A stretch of 64,000 bases of DNA from Octopus sinensis (lineage: Eukaryota). The number at the start of each line of letters is the position of its first letter. Within the stretch, counting starts at the first letter, position 1. Under the pieces are notes generated by a model, which was not told the origin of the DNA, did no database searches, and saw only the letters and a program-made list of their open reading frames with translations. The position numbers and the translations under genes were made by a program. Where the stretch lies: positions 36,084,001 to 36,148,000 of the forward strand of contig NC_043009.1 in assembly GCF_006345805.1 (NCBI RefSeq). Reading direction: 5' to 3'. Shown one piece after another: positions 25,950 through 41,800 of this stretch.

Positions 25950-26940
25950 AATCCTGCTTCACGACGCTCGTCGCCACTGCGGCCACTGCACCCACACCAG
26001 AAGAAGGAGTAACCGGTTTCGACCTCAGTTATTGACCTTTGTCTACAAGCCTAGTCTCGTTCAGAGCTGCAATGCCAGATTTTGTCCTGCTGAGTTCTCT
26101 TGCGACAAGTGCTTTCCATCTCGTAGGTCTGTTTGCTTTGGAGCTGTCTATTTGTGTTCACACGTTCCATATGCCAATGGTGGGCGATATCACCGATGTT
26201 TTCGACGGTATAGTTGGGATCCCCGCATACTGCAGTAAGCAGACCAGGGTGAGGTGGAGCGGGTCATGTTTAGGACAGCTTTTGTAGCCCCTTCCTCAGG
26301 CCATGGAGGTGAGCAGAGTAATTCTAGAATGGGTAATCCTCGGACATCCAAAGTGCTGCCGAACACCACTGCTGTTTCGGTCAGTGGAGAACGACCTTAT
26401 GTCCTAGACTGCCTGTGAGTAGGTTTGTGACTACAGCTTCCAGTACATCCATACCTGCTGCTTTGTCATTTGCCCTTCTCCACAAGACTTGAATATGGAT
26501 CTGGGAAGGTGTGATGTCTTGACTCGCGCGTGACATGTATTAAAGTGAAGGAGTGTTGCAAAACGCCGTCTGCCTCACTCTCTTGCCCCTTCCTACCTGA
26601 TTTCAGTGGCAGAACGAAGACAAGACAACTAGAGATAGGTCAAGATGCAGAGGATGGCCACAATGTCCTTCATGTCTCACCGTGCCTTAAACAATGTCTG
26701 CTGGTCTGCCTTCCTGCCCGTTGAACCAATCCCGTAGTTTCCTCCCCACTATCCGTCGGGTCCAGTCTTTACATGCGTAAGTAGACAACCTCTTGCTCAC
26801 CGAGGGTTCAAAGCCTTCAGCTACCCTTGCTATGTTTAAGACGGCCTGTGGAAGCCGTTGCTCGGGGTATGACCGCCATAGCTAGCGGAAAGCTTCGAGG
26901 AGTCACAGATGAGAGCTAGGTGTCAGGTGGCGCACACGCA
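25950..26940 (-). mobile_element. RTE (BovB-like) LINE 5' UTR plus start of the APE endonuclease
   Basis: The - strand reads TIGIWNV*TQIDSSKANRPTRWKALVARELSR...IAALNETRL...GQ/LTEVETGYSFFW..SGDERREAG, matching the RTE APE start (TWNVRTL...RP.RRTALVAREL..Y...AAL.ETRL...G.L.E...GYTFFW). Confidence 0.85.
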
Positions 26941-27127
26941 CACACACGCATCCACAAACACACACATACATACATAGACAGAGGTAGGGAGGAAAATAGA
27001 GACAGACAGATAGACAGACAGACACATAGACAGACAGACACATAGACAGACAGACAGATAGACACACAGACAGACAGACAGACAGACAGACAGATAGATA
27101 GATAGATAGATAGATAGACATACAGAC

Positions 27128-27174
<47 letters not shown>

Positions 27175-27825
27175 GAAACTGACCTATTTTCTATTACATC
27201 TCAGACGGATTCAGCGCTGAGATGCTGATTCATAAAAATCTTTATAGCAAATATCCTGTTCAATACCGCAGATTTACATGTCAGTTGCTTGACCTTAGCC
27301 ACTGGAGCATGTCTCTTAATGGCTGACAATATGTACATCTCTGATCATGAGCAGGAGTAGAGGATGAGCATCATAGCCATAAGTTAACAGATTCTTTGAG
27401 GTTTTAATAACTGTGACGAAAGTTTGAAGGAAATATTAGCCATTTTTCATACTTTCCAAGTGTAAACAAATAGAAAATAACAGTTGCTACACAAGGTCAA
27501 AAGTCGTGTAACATAATATTATTTTATAATCAAATTGTTTTGTTAATTAGCTAATCTTAATTAGAAAGATAAGAGTGTAACTAAGACCAAGATTAAAGAG
27601 ATTGATTTTAATTTTTCTTGGACATCTGTAGAAAAAGTATTGGTTAAGAATTCCAGAGGGTTGCTGCTTTGCGGCAGCTTGAGTGGGATGTTTCGTGTAG
27701 TGGTCTAGCAGGTGAGTCAGGGTGGATCAGCGTTCATGGAAAGAAGAGATACGGGTTCAAATGCATTTTCTGGTTCTCGGTAAAGAGGGCATGCAGACAG
27801 GTAGTGAAGAAAAACTAAACAAATA

Positions 27826-28237
27826 GTGGCTGTGTGGTAAGTAGCTTGCTTACCAACCACATGGTTCCGGGTTCAGTCCCACTGTGTGGCATCTTGGGCA
27901 AGTGTCTTCTACTATAGCCTCGGGCCGACCAAAGCCTTGTGAGTGGATTTGGTAGACGGAAACTGAAAGAAGCCCGTCGTATATATATATATATATATAT
28001 ATGTGTGTATGTGCGTGTATGTTTGTGTGTCTGTGTTTGTCCCCCTAGCATTGCATGACAACCGATGCTGGTGTGTTGACGTCACCGTCACTTAGCGGCT
28101 CAGCAAAAGAGACCGATAGAATAAGTACTGGGCTTACAAAAGAATAAGTCCCGGGGTCGAGTTGCTCGACTAAAGGCGGTGCTCCAGCATGGCCGCAGTC
28201 AAATGACTGAAACAAGTAAAAGAGTAAAAAGAGAGTA
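27826..28237 (+). mobile_element. Family A SINE, near full length
   Basis: GTGGCTGTGTGGTAAGTAGC...GGTTCAGTCCC...CTTGGGCAAGTGTCTT...CAAGTAAAAGAGTAAAAAGAG tail. Confidence 0.9.
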
Positions 28238-28364
28238 AATACTAGGATTCGTGTCGATTTGTCACAGCATATCATTGATTTGACACTGAAAAAAAAGGGT
28301 AACGCAAGGTGAAATTCCGTAAGATTTCAAATCAGAAATAAATTTCTGAACATACATTGGCGCG

Positions 28365-28527
28365 GGTGTGGATGCTTGGTAAGAAGTTTGCTTCCCAATC
28401 ACATGGTTTCAGGTTCAGTTCCCCTGTGTGGCATCTTCAGCAAGTGTCTTCTACCATAGCCTCAGACCGACCACAGCCTTGTGATTGAATTTGGTAAACA
28501 GAAACTGAAAGGACATCACATATATGT

Positions 28528-28594
<67 letters not shown>

Positions 28595-28860
28595 TGTGTC
28601 TGTGTGTGTATGTGTGTGTATGTGTGTGTATGTGTGTGTCTTTGCGTTTGTGTTTATCCCAAAACACTGCTCGACAACTGGTGTTGGTGTGTTTACGTCC
28701 CTGTAAATTAGTGATTCGGTAAAGCAGACCGACGTGATAAGTACTAGTCTTAATACAGAGAGTATGTACTGGAGTCGATTAGTTCGACTAAAATTCCTCA
28801 AGGCGGTGCCCCAGCATGGCCGCAGTCTAATGACTGATACAAGCAAAAGATAAAAGGTAT
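28365..28860 (+). mobile_element. Older, diverged family A-like SINE with an internal (GT)n
   Basis: Same layout with many substitutions; ends AAGGCGGTGCCCCAGCATGGCCGCAGTCTAATGACTGA. Confidence 0.8.
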
Positions 28861-29189
28861 GAGGAAAATAGAAGACACGCACACATACACACAAGTAAAG
28901 AAATTATAATGCATCTTGTAAAAATTATATTTATTGTCTTGATAAATAAAATATATTCCTTCATTTTATGGATTGAATAAATTTAAATATTTGTTAATGT
29001 TTACTATAAATGGTAAAGAAAAGGTGCAGTTTATTAGATTCGCAAACTTTGAGTTAGGTTACGTAATCAAATTCTAAATTAACAAAATTATTTAAACTCG
29101 GAAACTTACTAAAGGGAAATCTAACGTTTGCTTATTTTATTTTTATTTCTTTTATTAAATTTTTTACATTCTTTATGCAATATTTAGTT

Positions 29190-29370
29190 TCATGAGTAAA
29201 CATAACATATACATAGTTGAAATTTACAGAAAAACAAAAGACGAAGGCAGGTATATAAACAGCACACAGGTGTATTTGTTTAATGCTCAGGAAGTTGAAG
29301 AAATCTTTTACGTTTCGAGTCTACGCTCTTCAGCAGAAAAGAACAAGAGGAAATTAACAGAGAGAGAATA
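29190..29370 (-). mobile_element. Short PLE pseudo-LTR-like repeat with a variant hammerhead-like motif
   Basis: Reverse complement of 29305-29341: CTTTT-CTGCTGA-A-GAGC gtag ACTC-GAA-ACGT-A-AAAG; same family as the 41.0 kb copy. Confidence 0.6.
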
Positions 29371-29524
29371 AACGAAATACGCAACATGCTTTAGAACAAG
29401 ACATCACAGTCAATCATGGCGGCTGTGTATGTGTGTGTGTGTGTGTGTGGTGTGTGTGTGTGTGTTATATCATATATACATATATGTGTACACATGTACA
29501 TATGTTAGATAGAGAGAGAGGGGG

Positions 29525-29601
<77 letters not shown>

Positions 29602-29792
29602 CTATGCACACACACACACACACACACACGCACACAAATACGAACACATGTATATAAACATATACATACATACACTCAAACTCCCGTGTGTGCGTCAGTG
29701 TATAAATAGATAAATTTATGCGTGTATGTGTATGTATATATATATATAATATATATTATATATATATATATATATGCATGTATATATGTATG

Positions 29793-29828
<36 letters not shown>

Positions 29829-29851
29829 ATATAATATATATTATATATATA

Positions 29852-29924
<73 letters not shown>

Positions 29925-31495
29925 TATATATATATTATATATATATAATATATATATACATACATATACATATATACATGCGTATTATATATTTGCGTTT
30001 TGTTTATTTTAATTTAATTCTATTTCGATTTATTCCCATTTTTCTAATCAACAAAAATAGTCAAACATAATTATGAAACCCTAATTAATTAAATCTAAAT
30101 TAACCTTTATTGAAACACGTCGAGTTTAGGTCGACTTGCTCAATTGTACGTTGTTGTGCTTATCTCAAAGACAGCCTCCGGCGCATCTGCAGGTTGAGTA
30201 TTTGTGTGCACGTGGTTTGTATGTGTGCATATGTGTGTTTGTGTCTGTGTATGTGAATGTATACGTGTGTTTGTGTGTGTGCGCGTGCCAGCGCACGTGC
30301 CTGTGTATACAACTTTGTATCCGTGTGTATGTATGTGTGTATCTGTGCGGAGAGTCCTACATGTGTGAGAGGTGTCTGGGGGTGTGCATGTGTGTGTATA
30401 TGCACATATCTGTGTGTCTGTATATATTTGTGTATGTGTGTGCATGTGTTTGAATGTGTCTGTGTGCATGTATATATGTGTGTATGTCTATCTTTCTGTG
30501 TTGGTTATGGTTTTTCTATCTTTTTTTATGCAAATGTTTGCTACGGTGTTTTTCTCTGTCTTCCTGGTTTCGTCGTTTTCGGTCTTTACCAACCGCTGTT
30601 TTCTAACTAATGAATAATATTTAACTAAATATAATTACTGAATAATATTAGTATTTTGTCATATTATCAGTTAAACAGGGTTTTACAAATAAATGTTATT
30701 TATTTTCAAAATTTGTTTTCTGTTATTTTGTGTTGACTTAAAAGAAAAAAACTGTCAGGTGGAAATTGATTTTGCAAACATTTTGTCATTTATTAATCAC
30801 TCTGAAGTAAGCACTTCATTGAATCTGTTTGCAGGAAATTGAGAGAGAGAGGGAGAGAGAGAGAGAGAGAATAAGGGAGAATGTTTGTGTGTGTGAGTCA
30901 GTGAGTGCGTTTGCTTATGTGTACCGATTCAAGTTACTGAATACCTCTCTTATCAATAAAAATGTTTGTGAAATCAATTTCCAGATGACAAACTTTCTAT
31001 TTCATTAAATAAATGCAAGATAAAATAAAAATAGATGAATTTTTTAAAAATATGTTTAATGAAATACAAATCACATTTATTTGTGAATTTGCATCTAGTT
31101 CCTAATATAGCTATTTCGAATTTAGACATAGCGCCAGCAGTTTTGTGGAGGGGTGCTAAGACGATACCATGGGTTTCACTGGCACTTTATTTTATCGAGC
31201 ACTAAAGGATAAATGGAAAAATTGACTTCGGCAGGTTTTGAACCTAGAACGTAAGGAGCCAGAACGACTAATAGAAGTTTTTGCTTTTTATCTCTTTCCC
31301 CACGCGCTTACGATTTCCCAAGTTCCCCATTTCTGGTGTGGTGTTAATATAATAAATGCTAATACTGTTTTGTAGTTATATTTAGTTTAATGACGGTTTA
31401 TCGTTGACAGGTGTTGGGTGACATTTAAACAAGGGAGATAACAACCAAACAAATCGAACAGTTCTTCGGGAATAATTAGCGATTATCTCTAAGTA

Positions 31496-31531
<36 letters not shown>

Positions 31532-33604
31532 CGAGCATCAAACTAGTGTGGTTAAATTGTAAAGTATGGCGCATGTGAAGTTAAACGCACTTTATTGCAA
31601 TGAAACTGATATAAAATAATCGAAAAGATATAAAAAAAAGATCTCAAAATAAATATATTGGTTTTAAATTTTCGCAAAAGGCCAGCAATCTCAGGAGAAG
31701 TGTAAGTCAATTACATCGACCCCAGTGTTTAACTGGTACTTAGTTTTTCGATCTCGAAAGAATGAAAGGCAAAGGAGACCTCGTCGGAATTTGAACTCAG
31801 ACCGTAAAGACGGACGAAATGCAGAAATGCTGACGAAACTCCAGAGTTTAAACGAACAGCATACTCAGCTGTACCTCCTTTATCTCTCTAAAATACGTTT
31901 ATACAGAACATATTGAAGATACATCTTGTTTCTTTTACTTGTAATATCATGTATTGCTAAATGGAAAAGTAATTTTTGACTAACGTATCCTCAGTTGTAT
32001 GATGTCCAGTTTCATCGCCTTTGTAATTTCATCATATAACTTTAGCGGGTAAGACTGTGCTTTAGGAAGACTTTGAGTTCATTGAATCGAATTTGATTTG
32101 TTTTCAGATCAACTACCATTCTACAAATGCGTCTTGCAAGACTATATGGAATGTTCCTATAATGTGTGAAGGATGGTAAGAGTATACTGTGTGTTTGTGT
32201 GTGTGTTTTGGGCGGGGAGCTTCGTAAAATATATCCGTTGTTACTGTGGAGTCGCATATTTTACGTGAATGTCTAGGAACAGATAGTCATTATGACTGAG
32301 TTTTCTGTCGTGAATTTGATAAATGAGTGAGGAGTATTCAAAATGTTATTGAATATTGGTAGATCATCATTTGATTTCTACCCCAAAATAAATCAGTCAT
32401 CGAAGAAGCGTTTCCACTTGTCTATGACATATTTCTTGAAATTTTGATCAAAAGTTTACTCTACTTTTTCCCCTGAAAAAAAATCCCTAAGTTATCATAT
32501 GAGATGGTAAATTTGCAAAATAAACAAAATAAACAAAATAAACAAAATAAAAGGAATCATGTAAAGCTGTTGCGAGGCCATCATATGTAGGCTGAAACCA
32601 CATTCATACGTAATATGTACATGATGTCATAGTTGTGTATAACACAATACGTTCCAATGAAATTGGTAAAGCAAGTTGGGTGTCCCACATACACGTACTT
32701 ATAGAAATATATCCACATTGATTAGTAAAGAATCTATATATATATATATACACATACACACACATACATATAAATAAGCATATCTACATAGGCATGCATA
32801 TACACATACATTAAAATAGAAAAAAACCGCATACATATCTCCGTGCATATACACATATATATATTCATACACATACATCTAAATACAGAAAAAATGGATA
32901 TACTAATTAGATATATATTCATACAGGCATATACATCTTAAATATTCTATAATGTAATTAAAATAATTCTATAAAATTTACAAGGGGATATTAATATTCC
33001 TACCCAAAGAATTAGTAATTTTCAAAAATAATAATAGAGAAACATATTCTAAAGTATACTTATACACATACATATATACACACGCACATATATATATAAT
33101 TTTTAACTTGTATAAAAGCATACACATACATATATATATATACACATATATACATATACATTTATACATATATATCCATATAAATACATATGCATACATA
33201 TATACACATACACATAAAGATATCATATACATTTATAAATATATATCCAAATACATGTGAATATATACACACGTACATGCATACATAGATGTACATATAT
33301 ACAAAAAACAAGCAAAAAGGCAAATATATAGGGTAAAAGATTTTCTTCCACCAAAACCTTTGCCTGAAAACAATATATCCTACATGTATAAATCTGGCTA
33401 TACAGAAATTATAATTTTGTATTTGCCACTATGATCTACACATACACAAAAATAAAAGGCCATATGTAGTCTTTTGTGTGTGTGTAGGCATATACAGATA
33501 TACACTATACGGCAATGGATAGGTATAACATACATATATATGGATATACACATATATACATACAAATATTTTGTTTCTCATATCTGTGGTGTTAACATTA
33601 CCGA

Positions 33605-35400
33605 CATGTACATTCAAAAAAAATATATACATTCTGAAATGCATCCGATCATATACATTTTATCAATAGGTATTTCATTCAAAAACAAGGATATACATAT
33701 TTTTTATTATCTAATAGGTCCATATAAGTTATTATATGTACAATCATTTAGTTTGGTTATACTTCAGTTTGCTAATTTAGACTATTAAGCTATTATAGAT
33801 TTATGTGTTAGAATTCTTCATTTGTATAGTTCAATTTAGCGAAATAATATTATGTCTATAGTTTAAAAAATATGATTATATTATTTTAAAATATATATTT
33901 TTTTATGGTGATGATGTGTATGTGACCTCAAATCTCATCTATAAGTCACTTTTGTTTAATAAAAAAGTACCACCTACTTATATGTTTACATGAAAAATAC
34001 TTTTTTATTTCTCATACTAACCAGGTTCCTTTTTCTTTTCATTATTTTGTAGTTTTCCTCTAGGCATAATCTACAGAACTTATTGTTAATTTTGTAACTA
34101 GGTGCATGTGCTAAAATATTCCATTTGATTGTGTAGTTGACGTTGTTTTTTCATATGCCATATTTTCTTTGAAAGTTCTGTACTATTCATTTTGTTTTTG
34201 TCCCTGAAAGTCGATTCGTGATCCGGGATTAGCTATTCTTAATTTAACCCAATTCTGTATATCCGATATAATAAAACTTGGTCATATCTTGTGTAATCAT
34301 TGTTGTCTGGTATATTACATTTTTTCTTCTGCATCCCTGTCTAACTTGTATCTATCTGGCTCTCAGCAATTACAAGTAATATTTTGTGTAGATAATGAAA
34401 TATTATTATACTTTGTAGATTTATATAAGTTACTGTCGGTATAGTTATTTTTATTGTTAAAGGTATTATCTATACTATTTTGTTCTACCTTTTTGTCGTG
34501 TACTTTACAATCTATTTGTGTCATATTTTCATACAATAAATCGAGTTTTCTCTTATTAAACGAAGAGATTATCCTAAAAAGGTTGGAAGAAACAGAAAAT
34601 CCAAATTTCATATGTTTTTCATTAAATATTTTTCTATATCTAGTGTTTTTAAAGTTATTGTTTACAATCATTTTAATAGATTCAATAATATTTGTTTTTA
34701 ATTGTTTAGCGAAAGGAATTATGATCCATATTGTTTTATCTGAGTTTACCTTATTCATACTTTCATTTTTTGTCACAATATCGTTTTTAATTTCTTTCAT
34801 GGTCAAGTTTGTTCTATTCTTTGCAAATATGAGTTCCTTATTTAATATAATAGGGTTAATAGGTTGGTAATATTCGTTAATGTCTATTTGCATAATTTGA
34901 CATTTATTCATTTGTTGAATCTTATTAAACCAATCAATTGCAACCTGTGTTCTCGACCATAGGCTAAGTTTAATTTTACTTTTTAGAGAATGAGCATATT
35001 TATCTATAATTATTTTGCTAAGTTTTCCCAGGTCGGATTTACATGGACATATCAGTCTAACTTTAGGATCTATTTCAAAATTTTCTTTATGATCTTTTGG
35101 GCTTATTCTTGGTTTTAAAGGTTCATAAATCTCAGTTATGTCGTCAATGTTGTATTCATTCATTATTTTCTTAGCTTCGAGAGTTTTATTTACTATTTTG
35201 TATTTTTAAGTGTTCCTTATGTAACAGTTCATGGTATAGTTTCACATTATACAAATTTCCAGTTTTGTCCGCTTGCACTATTATTCCTTTCATTCTTTTA
35301 AGATCAATTTACTTTATTCTTTAATTTTCTTAAGTGTTTGTTCTTAAGGGAATTTTTCTTAAACTTAATATTCTTTACTAATTTCCATAAATAATCTTCA
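33605..35400 (-). mobile_element. Penelope-like element (Naiad-type features): RT with internal deletion, GIY-YIG and AT-rich 3' region
   Basis: ORF 34363-35163: KPRISPKDHKENF...KVRLICPCKSDLGKLSK...W.....AIDWF.KI.....Q.DI..YY..I; it then jumps to the thumb (IWIIIPFAK..KTNI...KIFNEK.MKFGFS..SNL). It continues CNC*EPDR.K, NVIYQ, FYYIG, CRLCL (CxCx5C linker plus GIY-YIG plus CxxC). Confidence 0.8.
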
Positions 35401-36845
35401 AAATTCTCCAATTTTATGTTTGCTGGGGGACTTGTCTTGATTTAAAGTAGAAAAAAAGAGTATAAATAATACCTTTAACAATAAAAATACCTCTACAGAC
35501 AATAACATATAGAAATCTACAAAGCATAATAATATTTCACTACCAACACAGAATATTAATTGTAAGTGCAGAGACCCAGATAAATGCAAGTTTAATGAAA
35601 AACATATAAGATTTGGATTTTCTGTTTCTTCCAACGTTTTAAGATAATCTCTTCGTTTAATAATAGAAAACTCGATTTATTCTATGAAAATAAAAGACAC
35701 AAAAAGATTGTAAAGTACACGACAAAAAGGTAGAACAAAATAGTATAGATAATACCTTTAACAATAAAAATAACTATACCGACAATAACTTATATAAATC
35801 TACAATGTATAAAAATATTTCATTATCTACACAAAATATTACCTATAATTGCTGAGAGCCAGATAGATGCAAGTTAGACAGGGATGCAGAAGTAAAAATG
35901 TAGTAAGCTAGACATCAATAATTACACAAGATATGACCAAGTTTTATTATATCGGATCTACGCAGAATTGGGTTAAATTAAGAATAGCGAATCACGAATC
36001 GACTTTCAGGGAGAAAAACAAAATGAATAGTACAGAACTTTCAAAGAAAATATGGCATATGAAAAAACAAAGTCAACTACACAAACAAATGGAATATTTT
36101 AGCACATGCGCCTAGTTACAAAATTAACAATAAATTCTGTAGATTATGCCTAGAGAAAAACTATAGAATAATGAAAATAAAAGGAACCTGGTTTGTATAA
36201 GTAATGAAAATGTTTTTTCATATAGACATGTAAGTAGGTGGTACTTTTTTATTAAACAAAAATGACTTATAGATGAGATTTGAGGTCACATATACATTAT
36301 CACCATTTAAAAAATATATATTTAAAAATAATATAACCATATTTTTTAAACTATAGACATAACATCACTTTATATATTAATAGCTAAATTGAACTATACA
36401 CTTGAATGATTCTAACATATGAATCAATAATAGCTTAATAGCTTAAATTAGCGAATTGAAGTATAACCAAACTAAATGATTGTACATGTAATAACTTATA
36501 TGGAGCCATTAGATAATAAAAAATACGTACCCTTGTTTTTTAATGAAATACCAATTGATAATATGTATATGATCAGATGCATTTCTGAATGTATATAAAC
36601 TGACACCATTTACGTGATTGTCATAAAATATAATAATGTGGAATCGAGCTATTTTAGGTATTGAAGAAAAGGTTTCTTTTCAAATAAATGATTATTTCCT
36701 CGATATATTTAGTTTATGGCGAAAATATTAAGTCTTTACACATGAGGAAATCTAAAAATCATATATGTATTTGTAATCAATACAGGGTAGACAACATTTG
36801 AAAGCCTTAAATATTGGGTACTTTTTTTTCTTTTAAATGCGTACA

Positions 36846-36879
<34 letters not shown>

Positions 36880-37221
36880 CATACATATATACATACACAT
36901 ACATACATAAATACATACATACATACATGCATACATACATACATGCATACATACATACATACATACATACATTCATATACGCACATACATACATACATAC
37001 ATATATACATACATACATATATACATACACACATTCATACATACATACATACATACATGCATGCATACATACATACATACATACATACATACATACATAC
37101 ATACATACATACATACATACATACATACATGCACATAATTATGCGTTTACATAAAAATGGGAGTATAATAAAAATTACTCTCGAAACACAATATGTCAAT
37201 TCAATTACTATAGTGTCCTGC
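35400..37221 (+). mobile_element. Inverted partial copies of the same PLE (linker, GIY-YIG and 3' region)
   Basis: 35600-36597 is the reverse complement of 33622-34625 (FYYIGSTQNWVKLRIANHESTF...NSTELSKKIW...FCRLCL). A short diverged linker copy (NCKCRDPDKCK) precedes it at about 35440-35596. Confidence 0.82.
36840..37130. repeat. (TACA)n microsatellite within the PLE 3' region
   Basis: Direct reading; mirrored by (TATG)n at 37686-37753. Confidence 0.95.
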
Positions 37222-37225
37222 AGAT

Positions 37226-37264
<39 letters not shown>

Positions 37265-37596
37265 GGAACAAAAACGCAATAAAGGGCATGAAAACGTTCG
37301 GACAGATAGACGACTCAAAGGCGGACAAGAGAAACAACAATTAGAAGGACAGGCAAAAAAAGATGGGTCATTCTTGGCTTTCTTTCTTCAATCAAGTACC
37401 AGAAATCAAGGCCATTTCGGACAGCTACACTTGAGATGGTTCGATTTGGTCGTTCCCAAAACAGTCCAACCTAAGAGCATTAGACCCCTTTGTAAGAAAG
37501 CTAGCGAATGTGTACAGCAAAAAAGACAAAAAAAAACAAAAAAAAAACGGAAAACATGGTACAGAATTACGAATACAAATAACAAGAAATAACAAC

Positions 37597-39583
<1,987 letters not shown>

Positions 39584-39714
39584 CAATACACGTACGTAGA
39601 TACGTATACACGAACACACATACGTACTTATAGAAATTTATCCACAATGATTAATAAAGTATGTATAACACCTACATACATACTTGTTCATATACATTCG
39701 TAAATATTTGTACA

Positions 39715-39728
39715 CACAATAGATAGAT

Positions 39729-39806
<78 letters not shown>
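39715..39806. repeat. (TAGA)n microsatellite
   Basis: Direct reading; it abuts the 3' end of the Tx1 copy. Confidence 0.95.
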
Positions 39807-39807
<1 letters not shown>

Positions 39808-39809
39808 AA

Positions 39810-40675
39810 TATTTCTTTATTAGCCACACAGATCTGCACAAAGACAGGACAAATTACAAGGTAGAGCTTTTCTTTTGGGGATAAAAAAGGGGGTTTGGTT
39901 TTCGATCAAAAGGGATCGTAAAAAGAAAGAAGGAGGAAAGCAAAAAAAAGTGAGGGGAATAAAATAAAAGGAAAAAGAAAAAATCGATCAATAGGGATCG
40001 TTATCATAGAAATGTCAATATAAAGTGTAAAGGGGAGGACAGGTGAGGTTTACCCGTGGAAAGAAAAGCCTACGGAAAAGACCACGGTAACCTCGGTCAA
40101 TGAAGTCACATGTTATATTTTTTTTTACAAATAAGCAACTCTCTGTATTAATTTTTACGGTTCATAGGATCATAGTCAAAATGGCTTCGTCATTCATACG
40201 TGCCATCCTTGCTACATTCACCCATCTTTTTTTAAAACATTCGCTAGACAAAACTTGCCTCTCTACTTTCACTTTCCTTTTCAAGTGATACTTGAAGTAG
40301 TTGATGAGAGATTGACCAGAGAGGAAAGTGTTTGTCTCTAATCATTTCAGGCGCGTCTACCAGATACATTAATTCGCCATAGTCACAAGTATGATAAAAA
40401 TAGCTTTTCCTTCCCGTTTGAAGGAAGGAGGCGTGACGATGTTAACGATAGACTCGGCTGATAAACCGACACGTCCCACACGTGACAGCAGTCGTTCGAC
40501 ATAAGCCCACAGGTCGGAGATTGTTGGACACTGCACGATTGCGTGCAGAACGGTTTCGTCGCTCTGCCTGCATCTCGGGCAGGTCGGACCCGTGTTTCGC
40601 GAGCCATGCCTATAGAGCTTATCCCGAACGGGTAGTGCTTCTCTGTAGCACTGCCAGGCCAGGGATCTCTGGAAT
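39810..40675 (-). mobile_element. 5'-truncated Tx1-clade LINE (ORF2 C-terminal zinc-finger region plus 3' UTR)
   Basis: WQCYREALPVRDKLYRHG...CPRCRQSDETVLHAIVQCP...DLW (zf-RVT type). The 3' UTR ends CCTTGTAATTTGTCC...CTGTGTGGCTAATAAAGAAATA. Confidence 0.85.
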
Positions 40676-40959
40676 ATATGTATATATATGTCCCTCTCAC
40701 CACCGTCTATCGGTGAATGGATACAATGTCTGAGATACATACATGCAAATATACACTTATCCATCTACCACTATTTTCGCAGGCAACGATTAAAATTCAA
40801 AATTTGTTTTTAAATTTTACATAGTCATATAATATAGAGATGATAAGAAAGGAAAAGTCGACCTCGGCGAAATTTGAACTCAGAACGTAAAGACAGACGA
40901 AATACCGCCCGGCGTGCTAACGTTTCTGCCAGCTCGCATCCTTGTAATATTTTAATCTT

Positions 40960-41150
40960 TTCATCCTATCCTTTTTTTTTCTCCTTTTTTTCTCTCCTTC
41001 TCTCTCTCCTTGTTTTTTCTGTGTCCCTTTCTGTAGAAGAGCGTAGGCTCGAAACGTAAAATACTTTATCTATTCCTGAGCGTTATACTAATACATCTGT
41101 TTGTTTTTGTATACCACCTGTCTTTTTTTTTTTTGTTTTTGTACAACACC
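40960..41150 (+). mobile_element. Short PLE pseudo-LTR-like repeat with a variant hammerhead-like motif
   Basis: 41027-41062: CTTT-CTGTAGA-A-GAGC gtag GCTC-GAA-ACGT-A-AAA. Confidence 0.6.
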
Positions 41151-41399
41151 TGTAGATATATAATATACATATATCTATACACATACATATACTCACACAA
41201 CACATACATACACACGCACGCTACAATACATATACATCTACCCATACGTACATACATATTAATCTATGTACACTCATACGATTATATATATAACTACATA
41301 TATGTATTTCAGTATCATTCATCTCAACATGTATGTATGGACTTCTACATGTAAATGAGAGAAAGGGGTGATTATAGATGGGTATTCCTGAGTGGAATC

Positions 41400-41800
41400 T
41401 GGGTGTTACCCCATTCAAACTTAGAGTTGAGGGTTGGTTTTTATTCCTGTATACAGACAAGCTTCAGTGACTTGTCTCAGCATTGCATCAGTGGGATCTG
41501 TAGATAAGATGTCTAACCAAAGTCTCCCTAAGGAGCCATTGTGACAGTCTACAGCATGCTGATAGAAGATGGAGTTGGGATTTTGTTTAATGTAGTTGTT
41601 CAGGTGTTCTTTGAACCTATCATTGATGGTACTAGAAGTCTCACCAATATATGACTCTGGGATAATCGCGCAAGTCCCTTCTTGATACTTAATCTCGTAT
41701 ACAGTGTCTTTCTTTTTGCAGTTCATATGTGGGTTTGTAGAACATACTACACTATTATTCTGACATATGATTCTATCAAATGGGTATGATTTACTTAATA
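41400..41800 (-). mobile_element. Penelope-like element GIY-YIG endonuclease fragment
   Basis: C..N..VC......CKKKDTVYEIK.......YIGETSSTINDRFKEH.......S.FYQH...CH......I.......RQVTEA. Confidence 0.85.

Noticed and set aside
34363-34368. In-frame TGA right after CNC in both PLE copies (also near 35851) as possible selenocysteine, as reported for some Naiad PLEs
   Set aside because: The third linker copy (about 35565) reads TGC AGA GAC (C-R-D), so the TGA aligns with Arg rather than a conserved Cys and is best explained by a nonsense mutation before duplication. I could not identify a SECIS; a SECISearch run on the family consensus would settle it.
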